The translations under genes and the position numbers were made by a program. Source: Nemertoderma westbladi (taxonomy: Eukaryota > Animalia > Xenacoelomorpha). Taken from it: DNA of 64,000 nucleotides. The stretch lies in the NCBI GenBank assembly GCA_032718475.1, contig JAUCBJ010007475.1, forward strand, positions 1-64,000, given 5' to 3'. Below the pieces are notes generated by a model. That model saw only the letters and a program-made list of their open reading frames with translations, had not been told where the DNA came from and did no database searches. Positions 1-11,000 of the stretch are shown one piece after another. Each line of letters opens with the position of its first letter. Within the stretch, counting starts at the first letter, position 1.

Positions 1-2433
1 AACCAAAGCAAACAGCTCGCGCACTGTCTAAATTCTCGAAAATTCTTACTGAACTGCAAACATGAATCGATAACTCCGAAATCTTTCGCTCCTCACCCCC
101 CGTCCAAAACAAAAGGTATGAAGGAACTATGCGCTAAGTTTGCTCGCGATAGGGTTAAACTTGAACTTAACGGACTATTTGCGAAGGAGAAATCACTTAC
201 TCGTCGTATTAGTCAAACCCAGGAAAACCTCGGTCGTATTCTGAATCACTCGGACAACGAGACAGCGTTAATTCTCTCTAAATCGGCGTTTAATGTGGAA
301 TATGAGAAAGTACGAAAGAAACAAATACACAAGCTAGATGTTTTACGCGATTGCTCAATGAAGAAGTTTAAACTATGGCCATTTTCAGACTTCCGGGATT
401 CTCTGATTGTCAACTTGACTACAATTGAGTTCTGTGATGTGGAGAAGGATCTACTCGCCCTAGGCCCGAAGTTTGTTACAACCTCAAAAAAGTTGCCCGT
501 AGGTGATATAGTTTGTGGCATCCAACATGCCTTTAACTGTGCGCCTCAAGAGTTAAAGGATAAACAGAGTGCAACCATTAACTCTGTAGTTAATGTGTTG
601 AAACGTAAACGGAATTCTTCTAGCAATAATTTACCCCCTTTTTACCGCCAAGCTTTACTCGGCCTTAAAGAAAAGTTAACTCTAAATGATGCTATTTTGA
701 TCCGAGCTGACAAAGGATCAAAAACTGTAGTGCTGTTTAAGACTGAATATCATAATAAAATGCTAGAACATTTTAATGACACTACCGTATATAAACAAAT
801 GAGGAAAAATTTTAATCCTTCTAGAACGATACATTCTCAATTAAGTGTTGTTTTATCAGACCTTTTGGATAAGGATATTATCACAAAGGCTACTTTACAT
901 TATTTACGGCCGTCGATTGACCGCTGTCGATTAGCAAAACCGTACGGTCTGTGTAAAGTACATAAACCCAAAAATCCATTACGCGTTATTGTTCCAATGC
1001 CATCTACTATGATATACAATTGTAGTAAGACTGTGTCTAAAATTTTACAACCGGCGGTAGACGACATACCTAAACGTATTTCACATGTGCCTACTTTTGT
1101 TAACACTTTTAAGCTCAATTGTGAAGGTCAAGAGTATTACCTTGCATCATTAGATGTTGTATCTCTTTACAATAATGTCAATATACAGCAATTACTAGAC
1201 ATATTACCAAATATTCTAGAACGTACTGAACACCGTTGGCGTCTTTTAGTACCCAGTCTTCGTAATGTACCTATCAATTCAATAATGAAACTTATTAAAA
1301 TTACTTTAACTAGTACGTATTTCAAATATAATACTAATATATACTCCCAAATATTCGGTTTACCGATGGGACAACCATGCGCCGTAAATTGTGCTGAGAT
1401 TTCTATGGATTTTAATGAAAGTTTAGTATTGGATAATTTTATTTTCTCCGATTTATTACTATCATACGACCGATATATGGACGACATTTTGACAGCTATT
1501 GCATTTAGCGTATTCGATACAGGTTTGGTTTTACAGGAATTACTTAAGGACTTTAATTCTGTTGATCCGACTGGTAGACTTCAATTTACTGTTGAACATG
1601 AAGAGAAAGGTGAAATAAACTTTCTTGATATTGCCATTAAACACGATGACATTAGTACTAACCTGTCTGTATATAGGAAACCAACAAACAGTAATCGTTA
1701 TGTACACCCTCAATCCGACATCCCTACTACATTATTACGTCAAGTTATTTTTGGTATGAAGTGCCGCGCTCTCCGTTATTGTACCACTGAGGCGCTTCTA
1801 AATTCGGAAATCAGTTTTCTCAAGAATATTTTCTTGAATAACGGGTACCCCGAGTCTCTAATAAACTCTGTCTTATTTACATATAATCCTACTGTAAGGA
1901 ATAAATCAACGTCTGAAACTACCTGTGTCATCCCTTATATTGAAGCTGTATCGCCTCAAATTAAAAGTATACTATATAAAACAGGTTTCAATGTTGTTTT
2001 TTCATACAACCATAAGTTAGGTCAGTATCTATTTGACAAATATTACGGACCTGACGAAACTACTGTTGCTAACATTTTTCATATGCAATCACTGATCTAT
2101 AATATTTCTTGTTCCGGCTGCCCGTGTGATAGTTACATAGGTAAAACTGTTCGCTATTTGTCTAGCAGATACAGAGAGCATGTCACAGCAGTTGAAAAGT
2201 CTGATTTAGATCATACTGGTCTAGAGGAACACGTATTAAATAATAATATATCACATACTTTCGATGAGAGTAGTGTATCTGTGATCAAGTTGGTGCGTAA
2301 TGTTAAGTTGGTACCAACATACGAGTCTATATATATACGTGCGAACAAAGACCACTTACTAAACTCAAACAAAGATTTAGAATACTCTAGGTATGTTTCG
2401 CCTGAATGGGACCCCATATTACCTTTCTTATAA
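1..2433 (+). CDS. Penelope-like retroelement polyprotein (reverse transcriptase + GIY-YIG endonuclease); frame is open from base 1, so the 5' end lies outside the window
   Basis: PLE N-terminal FLLNC..ITPK and ADKG motifs; RT motifs YGLCKVHK, SLDVVSLY, GLPMG, RYMDD, FLD, VYRKPT; C-terminal LIYNISC..C..YIGKT.R..SRYREH. Confidence 0.95.
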   Translation, partial: NQSKQLAHCLNSRKFLLNCKHESITPKSFAPHPPSKTKGMKELCAKFARDRVKLELNGLFAKEKSLTRRISQTQENLGRILNHSDNETALILSKSAFNVEYEKVRKKQIHKLDVLRDCSMKKFKLWPFSDFRDSLIVNLTTIEFCDVEKDLLALGPKFVTTSKKLPVGDIVCGIQHAFNCAPQELKDKQSATINSVVNVLKRKRNSSSNNLPPFYRQALLGLKEKLTLNDAILIRADKGSKTVVLFKTEYHNKMLEHFNDTTVYKQMRKNFNPSRTIHSQLSVVLSDLLDKDIITKATLHYLRPSIDRCRLAKPYGLCKVHKPKNPLRVIVPMPSTMIYNCSKTVSKILQPAVDDIPKRISHVPTFVNTFKLNCEGQEYYLASLDVVSLYNNVNIQQLLDILPNILERTEHRWRLLVPSLRNVPINSIMKLIKITLTSTYFKYNTNIYSQIFGLPMGQPCAVNCAEISMDFNESLVLDNFIFSDLLLSYDRYMDDILTAIAFSVFDTGLVLQELLKDFNSVDPTGRLQFTVEHEEKGEINFLDIAIKHDDISTNLSVYRKPTNSNRYVHPQSDIPTTLLRQVIFGMKCRALRYCTTEALLNSEISFLKNIFLNNGYPESLINSVLFTYNPTVRNKSTSETTCVIPYIEAVSPQIKSILYKTGFNVVFSYNHKLGQYLFDKYYGPDETTVANIFHMQSLIYNISCSGCPCDSYIGKTVRYLSSRYREHVTAVEKSDLDHTGLEEHVLNNNISHTFDESSVSVIKLVRNVKLVPTYESIYIRANKDHLLNSNKDLEYSRYVSPEWDPILPFL

Positions 2434-2544
2434 TCCTACTGTATTCCTGGTTAAACCCTATAATAATAATAATAATTAATAAATAAATACGTTTAATTAG
2501 TAAATTGTATTGATGCATTTTGCAATTGTAATATACTGTATATT

Positions 2545-3140
2545 ATGTTAGACTAACAAAAACACTAACAAGACGTTTTTCATTCAACTTAATTGAACTT
2601 CCGTACGTACGTGGTTAATATTTATTATTTTTCGGATTTGCACCTAAAACCATTAATAAATCGTTTTAACTACTTTAATATTTTCCTTTTGGTGCATTTT
2701 TGTAATTTTAATGGGACTAACTACAGTACTTACATAATCAATTTTGCAATTGTTAGACTAACAAGACGTTTTTCATTCAATTTAATTGAACTTCCGTACG
2801 TACGTGGTTAATATTTATTATTTTTCGGATTTGCACCTAAAACCATTAATAAATCGTTTTAACTACTTTAATATTTTCCTTTTGGTGCATTTTTGTAATT
2901 TTAATGGGACTAACTACAGTACTTACATAATCAATTTTGCAATTGTAATTGTATAATAGGTTTGACTAAGTAACGTTTTCATTCAACTTAATAGAACATT
3001 CCGTACGTATGTGGTTAATTTTAATTATTTTTCAGATTTGCACCTACAGTAAAACCTTTAATATATACCGTCTTAATTACTTTAATCTTTCCTTTTTGTG
3101 CATTTTTGTAAATTTAGTTAGAATAACTACAGTACTTACT
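2545..3140 (+). repeat. About three tandem ~195-bp repeats in the 3' region of the Penelope-like element
   Basis: cattcaa..taattgaacttccgtacgtacgtggttaat...ttgcacct recurs near 2581, 2774 and 2980. Confidence 0.85.
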
Positions 3141-3245
3141 TAATTACGAATTATCTCCTTCTTTTCAATGTGTTAATTTCCCAGTGTGTTTATTTTGCTG
3201 TTGGCGGGATTTTTAAATAGTTGCAGTACTGTTTAAGTAAATTAA

Positions 3246-3286
3246 AGCCTGACGACGGTCTACCGTAAGGTGTCCGAAATATAGCC
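3246..3286 (+). ncRNA. Minimal hammerhead ribozyme-like motif of the Penelope element
   Basis: CTGACGA (3249-3255), imperfect stem II GG..TACC-GTAA-GGTG..CC, GAAA (3276-3279), palindromic ATAT stem III; stem I is only 2 bp. Confidence 0.55.
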
Positions 3287-3909
3287 AAAAAACAATCTGT
3301 TTTTTCTATTTTTGTTTCCCATCCATTGTTCCGTTTAAATACTTACGAATTTATAATTAAATATAGTTATGTTAATTATTATTCAATTATTTAATTTAAA
3401 TATACAAATAAAAGCATACAAATAACACAACAAGGAATGAATAAATATAATCATAATCATCATTACATAGATCATTATAATGCAATCTCTTATATACAAT
3501 ATTTAATGTGCTGCATGTCCCTTAGATAGTTTATGTTTAGAAAAACCGTTCGTTGTCGCTTTAGCCGCTTTAGATATTTTAAACGTTTTTATTTTTAAAT
3601 AGTACATTTATTTGCTATACCATGTTAAATGTAATCAGTTAGTAAACATTTAATTTGTAATATACTGTAAATAATGCTTACTAAAATACATTTACTTTAT
3701 TGGCTTGCAAGTGCCCCATAATTTATCTGATCCCTGCATTAATCTACTCATTCAAATCAACAAACAGCTTTACTTTGTGGAGCCAACCACGACCGTCTGT
3801 CAATCACTCAGTAGGCTAGAAACTTGCGGTGCCATGAAAGAGTTTTACAGATTGAGGAAATTGAACAGATTGAACAGATTGAAGAATGTACTTTAATTGA
3901 GAACACAAC

Positions 3910-5212
3910 TGTATATTAGGTCCTCTGCTTTTTGTATGCTATGTAAATTATATGATAAGTAGTATAGATCCCGATTTTAAACTCATTTTATATGCCGACG
4001 ACAGTGCTCTTATTTTCTCTCATAAAGATCCTATCCATATTTCCCAAAAGTTAAGTGCAGTTCTAGAATCCTGTAATGAGTGGTTGGTTGATAATAAGCT
4101 ATCCATTCACTACGGTAAAACTGAAAGTATTTTGTTTGGTTCCAAAAGAAAGTTAAAGAAGGTAACTAAGTTTGAAGTCACTAGTAATGGCTGAATGGAC
4201 ATAAGATTGAAAATAAAAAGGAAGTTAAATATTTAGGCGCCACATTAGATAACTGCTTATCAGGAGAAAGTACAGTGAAAAATATTTTCTCGAAAGTTAA
4301 CAGTAGGCTTAGGTTTCTATACAGAAATAAAAATAGTTTAAACACCGACTCCCGCAAGTTACTTTGCTCTTCTTTAATACAGTGTCACATGGACTATGCT
4401 TGCTCTTCTTGGTATGAAGGCTTAACCAAACAGCTTAAATGTAAATTACAAGTAGCTCAGAATAAAGTAGTACGATTTATTAAAGACTACAAACCTAGGC
4501 ACCACCTAACTCCAGATGACTTTTCTGAATCTGGACTACTTAACTTAGATAGTAGAGTTAAGCAGCTACGCCTTAACCATGTGCATAAAGTGTATAATGG
4601 TAAATGTCCCAATTACCTAAAACAAAAATTCAACAGAGTACGCGATACACACTCTTACAGTACCAGAGCTAGTGCTTCAAACTTCTACCTCCCGAATTGT
4701 AAATCCTTTGAATCTGATACTTTCTTTTTTAACGGCATAAAAAATTGGAACGCTCTGCCTAATGAAATTAAAAACCTAAATAATCAACATTCTTTTAAAT
4801 CTGCAGTTAAATCTCACCTCCGTGCAGCCGTGTGCAATGTAAAAATAGGTACTAATAGTCCTACACAGTAAGTTATTAGTTTATTAATTATTTACTATTT
4901 ATACTGTAAATACGTTTTATAATAAATTGTTCTGTACATTACATCTTTATCGTTGAGTCGGGCATTGTCACGCTCTCGGTAAAGTTGTACATGTACATAG
5001 TGTAATTACGTTTTATATTGGTTTTAGGTTAGCGTAGTGTAATATTGTATTTGTAACCAAGTAACATAAAGGACCCCCTTGGAAATAAGCTGCAAAGCTT
5101 TAGGGGTAATCCTATATGTTATGTTGGACAATACCTTTATACCGGTACATTGTTTGGTGTATTTGTTATTGTTTTTACATAATGTATAAATAAATCTATC
5201 TATCTATCTATA
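3910..5212 (+). mobile_element. 5'-truncated CR1/L2-group LINE (RT C-terminus, 3' UTR, microsatellite tail)
   Basis: ORFs 3952-4194 (LYADDSAL, WLVDNKLS, KTE) and 4275-4871 (DYACSSW, LQVAQNK, WNALP); 3' stem-loop near 5070-5112; AATAAA then (TCTA)n. Confidence 0.88.
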
Positions 5213-6033
5213 TAGGTTTTCTGGTACGCCGATTTCAATGGCATGCTTTTTAAATTCCGCAGTTGAATACTGGAATACACCTACCATGTTCGGTGCTAAA
5301 ATGAAAAGTGCAAGAGTAAATAAACATAATTTTTCAAATTTTGCAGATTATATGTAAGCAGCCTCAGCCATACGTTCTACTGTTCTATGTAGTATTGTAA
5401 GCTGATATTTTGGTTATTATGTGTACTACCGGTACCTGATTACAGTATAATTATAATTACATCCCACTGCAGTGCAGCCAGTATGTACGTACACCAATAC
5501 TGGTGAAACGGTACCGGTACAATAAATAACAGCTGCCAGTAATACAGTAATACTGCAGTTGTAAAAAATTCAGTGCCCCTGAAACCGGAAAGAGCCCCCA
5601 CTAGGAGAATACACTAGGGAATTTTAACCGGGGAGTGATTTTGCATGGCAGCAAGGGCAGTGAAAATTCTCTGTTACACCGGTACTCTGTTACTGTTACA
5701 CCAGATTTGGCAATAAACATTGCCATATGTGGCAACCAGGCAACTTTCAGACTTTAGAGGTTGCCAGATTTGGCCATTGAACATCCCACTGCTGCAGTGG
5801 GATGTAATTATAATTATACTGTAATCAGGTAGTACACATAATAACCAAAATATCAGCTTACAATACTACATAGAACAGTAGAACGTATGGCTGCTTACAT
5901 ATAATCTGCAAAATTTGAAAAATTATGTTTATTTACTCTTGCACTTTTCATTTTAGCACCGAACATGGTAGGTGTATTCAACTGCGGAATTTAAAAAGCA
6001 TGCCATTGAAATCGGCGTACCAGAAAACCTATA
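5210..6033. mobile_element. Fold-back/MITE-like element with ~250-bp inverted arms
   Basis: 5210-5472 (tataggttttctggtacgccgatttc...atcccactgcag) is the near-exact reverse complement of 5792-6033. Confidence 0.85.
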
Positions 6034-6267
6034 TGTAATTGCTGTACTGCCATAGGCCTATACTCTGATACTCCAACTCCTACTCCAGCATCCATATGTC
6101 CACTGTCCAGTACCAGAGTACCCACCGGTACGTGACATAGGCAGATAGGCTGTAGGCCTATGCAGCTATGACTGTATGACATAACCCATAACCAACCTAC
6201 CCGTAGCAGCAGTATAGCAGTAGCACAGGCTGACACTAATTAGCTGATGATTTGAATGACATGAGCC

Positions 6268-7117
6268 AAACAAGCCTGAAATCAGATAAATAATGGTATT
6301 GGTACCGGTATAGCAGTATTGTGCGCCACCTTGAGGATTACGCGGGTAATATTTATTAAGTTCTTAGAAGGGAATGTATTATTTTAATGTAATCTACTAT
6401 ATTACAAGCTAATAGCGCTGTCGCGTCACGGTTGTTTATTTCATATGATGGCCCTGAAAAGGGCCGTTTGGATTGGTTCAAGACGTTCAGTAGTTGGCCC
6501 TGAAAAGGAGCGTTTGGGTTGGTTAAATCGGGTTGTCGTACAGTAGTTGGCCCTGAAAGGGCCGTTTGTGTTGGTTAGGTCAGGTGATATAGACATTCAG
6601 CAAGGGTAGTATGTTTGAAAGGAGCAAGGAGATTTGAGAAAGGTCGGTCGCGATTTAAATGTCTCAAACCACGTTCCAGAACGTGCAGTTCGTTTTGTGC
6701 TTATTATAGTATATTACCGCCGGAGCAACGCCATACAAGCCTCATGAATCCCCTGTCCTTCATCAGCGTAATTTTAGATTTCCCAGAAAAGGACAAAGAC
6801 GTAGGGTTTGTTGCCCATTTGGTTGTTAGAGTACGGGGGAGAACTGAGAAGCTCCACGCTTTGCGCAAACTTAATAGCGCGCTCCTCAGATTCGATCAGT
6901 TTACCAATCTCATTAAAATTAAATTCACCCATATGACGGTGACAGTAACAGTAGGCCCAATACAGTAATATTAGTGATCTAGTACATATAACACAATACT
7001 AATAGAATAGTATGAGACATATCACATATCCACATTGTCCTCAAGATGGCGCACAATGACAATACTGCTATACCGGTACCAATTTTTATCAGTTTCTATC
7101 TGATTTCAGGATTGTTT
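6268..7117 (-). mobile_element. Internally deleted TIR DNA transposon with a Merlin/ISXO2-like transposase 5' remnant
   Basis: Inverted arms 6268-6337 and 7038-7117. Minus strand from ATG near 6932 reads MGEFNF..EERAIKFAQSVELL, then across frameshifts CPF..ITLMKD..VWRC..RSGTWFE, resembling the Merlin N-terminal zinc ribbon. Confidence 0.6.
6445..6570 (-). promoter_or_regulatory. Three tandem histone-mRNA-type 3' stem-loops
   Basis: Minus strand CAAAC-GGCCCTTTTCAGGGCC-A at 6450-6465 (consensus match), with variants at 6496-6511 and 6549-6563. Confidence 0.8.
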
Positions 7118-7463
7118 ATCATGGGTTAAAATCAAGGGTCCTTATTGGTTAAAATTGAAATGAAACTCACAAATTAAAATTGAGCGATTCTATCACAAAA
7201 TTGGTATTTAAGAAATTTAACTAAACCGCAGATAAATCAAATAAGAGGGGACAGCTCCTCCCCTTCAACCCCCCCCCCCCCCCCCAACTTAATCTGTATC
7301 CCAAAGGCGCACAGAGGATTGATGTCAGGCAGATACTGTATTAACAGAATAGGCGGTGTTTTAAAAGTAATATAATTTAGGCGTAGAGGCGACCCAATTT
7401 GTAAGAAATATATTAAAACTTGCCTTATGCCGATAGTATGGATGATACTGAAATATAATTTAC

Positions 7464-7979
7464 TGTTAGCTTATTCAATCCCGCTAACACCCCATAAAGT
7501 TATAAGCCGATAAGCAATATTGGGAGCCACGAGATTGGGTAATTAACCAACTCGTGCCATCCCAATAAGAATGGGAAGGAAGCACACAATAGAGGGTCAG
7601 GGGCCAAACCCCTAACCCAGAGAGAACAGGTGGAGTGAACGGGAACACTCCAAAGGGCGCCAACAAGGGTATCAACCAATCAGAGGGGGGAAAGGCATCG
7701 ATTAGGTAGAGTAACAAGGCCAACCGTGCAATATAGCCACTTGGCAGTAATCATACCAATTCAGTTATCTCAGTGCAATACCGGTGCTAGTTTAGGTTAT
7801 TACATAGTTTAGCTAGGGAAGGACCGGGACTTTAGTTACCGTATCCCGCCTTCCATATACAACAATATATCCCATATCTATATCTGTATCTATATCCACT
7901 TATCATATTATATACGACAAACATCAGAACTCATTCACTAAAACCGGATAAACCGGGATCCCTCTTGGATCCCGTCACA
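7464..7979 (+). repeat. 5' LTR of element A
   Basis: tgttagcttattc...gatcccgtcaca; nearly identical to 18462-19004 except for a 28-bp indel. Confidence 0.95.
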
Positions 7980-8055
7980 GTAACTAAACCGAGCTGCCGC
8001 CCTAGTCAAACTGTAAAACTAGCTAAACCACCAGTCACCAATCTGCAGAAGAGAG

Positions 8056-11000
8056 ATGAGTCGGTCAGGTGACACCACACCGACGCGGACCCCGGACGAA
8101 GAGTTAACGATCCGCGAGGCCGCAACCAGGCGATACAGGCCCACAACGCCGGACCCATCGGAAACGGGTCATCCGGCAGTTCAGGACGAGGGGGGCCTGG
8201 AACCCGAGGTCGAACCGAGAGAAAGAGAGGGCGAGACAGAGGGAGACGGAGACGAGTCGACACGAGACGGGGGTCGACGCACCGGTGTCGCCGGCCAGCC
8301 ACAGGCCGAGGGCGACGAGCGGCCCGCCGAAACGGCGACGGTGGGGCCGACGGTGCGGCCCCGGACGCAGAGAGACGAAGGAGATATCGATACCGATGTC
8401 GCCGGCCAGCCACAGGCCGAGGGCGACGGACGGCCCGCCGGAACGGCGACGGCGGGGCCGCCGGTACGACGTCGAACCCGGAGAGACGGACGAGAGGTCG
8501 GCGACGAGGACGTCGGGGTTTCCGATCGACTCCGACGGGCCTACAACGCGACCCAGAGACTACTAAAGGACGCTAAGAAGGAAGGGGCGAAGATAGACGA
8601 GGTGAGACTGAGGAAACGACTAGGTGAGTCGGATAGACACTTTAATTACCTAATGCGTTTTGGGCAGAGAGAACTAGCCGAGGAGAGAGCAAAAGGGGTT
8701 GCCAGCGAACTATTTGAACTATGGGAATGTGGGAGTATGGAACCTAGCGTAGCGTCAGTGTACATAGGGCCATACTTGGTCGATGCCCGGGGAGTAAAAT
8801 TAGTGGGTTGGAACAGACCTGAGGAGGGCGACTCCGAGGCTGACCCCGCGGATTCGGTCTCGTCGGTCGGAGGGAGTTCCGGGAGGAGGGGGAAAGCTAG
8901 TAGATCGGGAAGGCGGAGGGAATCCTCCACAACCGATAAGTCTGCTACATCCTCCGCAAAAGAAAGACGGGTGAGAGAGATAGACGCTAGGTATCGTCTC
9001 AATCTAGCAGTGCAAGGTAATAGAGAAGTAGGTAGACGGCTAGAGGAAGGGAGAGTGCTGCTGGAGAGGGAAATGGCGTCGATTGGAGAGATAAGAGAGA
9101 GGGCCGAAAGGGCCGTGAGGAGCCTTAGGGAGTATGATGAAATAGAGTTGAAGGAACAAGAAGAGCGTGTGGCGAGAGAGAAAAGTGAACGCAGAGAGCG
9201 TGAAGCGAGGGAGGAGAGTGAGCGTAGAGCGCGTGAGGCGAGGCGAAGGGAGGGGATTAGGAGAGAGGTGAGAATTGGCCAAGCAGACCGAACGGGAGGC
9301 TATGGATAAAATAGCAAAAGTGGAGCGTGAGCGAAGAGAATTGGAGAAACAGCGAGACAAACTCGTAGAGTATGAAGCTATACACACGCGTGAGGTGGAA
9401 CTGGCGCAGATGGGGGAGTCTGAGAGCGAGGCTGGCTCGAGTATTTTTGAGGAGCCGGGGGCCGTGGATACATTTATTAATACCCCACTTACAGGGACCG
9501 CACGACAGACCCAAAACTGGTGTGACCGTACGGGCGGGGGGGGGGGGGGGGGGGGGGGGGTAATAATGATAATGGTACAGTAGACGTGGTTAATATTAAT
9601 AGTACCGTATGGGACAATTCTAATCAAACCTTTATTGCAGGAAATACTTTACCTAGTGGTAGTAATTTAAATTTAAATCAGAACATTCCTAATATTAATG
9701 TAGAAAATAATTCTAATATTAATGTAGCTACGCAAAATAATCCAATTAATCAAAGTAATAACCCAAATTCGAACTTACAAAATAATTTAAGTAATGCAAT
9801 AACACAAAATAATCCAAATAACTTAAATAATTCAGCGAGCCCGAATTTACAAAATAATTCAGATAGTGTAGTCGCGCAAGATAATTCAAATGATTTTATT
9901 TCGAACGAACAAATTAATTCCGTTTCCAATACGGGTGCTATTAATGTAAACACGTCGGGCGTGTATGGCCAGACAGACGAGGGCCTGGTAGGCCACGTAG
10001 TTGGTAGGCAGGGAGTGGCTGGGTTAGGTAGACCCAGCGAGGGCCTGGTAGGCCACGTAGTTGGTAGGCAGGGAGTGGCTGGGTTAGGTAGACCCAGCGA
10101 GGGCCTGGTAGGCCACATAGTTGGTAGGCAGGGAGTAGAGGGCCTGGTAGGCCACGCAATAGCAGAGGGAGAGGCGGGGGTGAATAGACCCGACCGCGGT
10201 AGGGTTGATGTGTCGACTGGAGAGGGATATAGTAGCGGGGTGAGGAGTAGCGAAGTTAGATGTGGCGAGTGGGGGGGGGGGGGGGCTACGAGAACCCCAC
10301 AACAGCGAGTTAGCGGCGAAAGGGGGGGGGCAGAGAGTGTCCCACAGCCGTCAGCGGATAATGCGCGGGCCGAAATAGGTAAACCGCAACAACCGGCGAC
10401 GGAAAGTAATAGGGGGATTGCGAGTATCCCCAGCGGCGTGCGACCGAGCAGAGAGAGACAGGTTGACGTCGTAAGAGGGCGGACGAAGCGTCGAGCCCGA
10501 TCAGAAGAGGGAAGAAGAACAGTGGGGTTTAACCGGGAGGTCGACGAGAGATCTCACGAGCGGGAATACTCCACTGAAAGGAGAAGAAGAGAAGACAGTA
10601 GTAGAGGTATCGCCGCGAACGATAGAAGAGCGAGGACGGATAGCGAGCCGTCGGTAGTTGAGATGAGAACGGAGAGTCAGTGGGGTCGGACTCCGGGAGA
10701 TTGCCGTCGCCCCGGAGAGATGCGACCCGGCGAGGCGCACTACGCGCCGAGAGAGGGGTACGCGATGTACCGGTACGAAGATGAGAACAGTAGAGAGGGG
10801 GGTCGAAGAGAAACTTTCCGACGGAATACACCTATCGATCGAGAATACGGTAGCCGCGGGGAGGATTATTCGAGAAGAATAAACTTCGATCCCGAACAAC
10901 ACATGCAGACTGTAGGACATACTGTAGGCCTTACTGCACATACCATAGGCCATACTGAGAGAGGCAATGTAGGCGATAGGATAGCGTGGACAACGGGATT

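Noticed and set aside
6615-6968. 117-aa plus-strand ORF, or a histone gene next to the stem-loops
   Set aside because: No histone similarity; it is antisense to the transposase remnant
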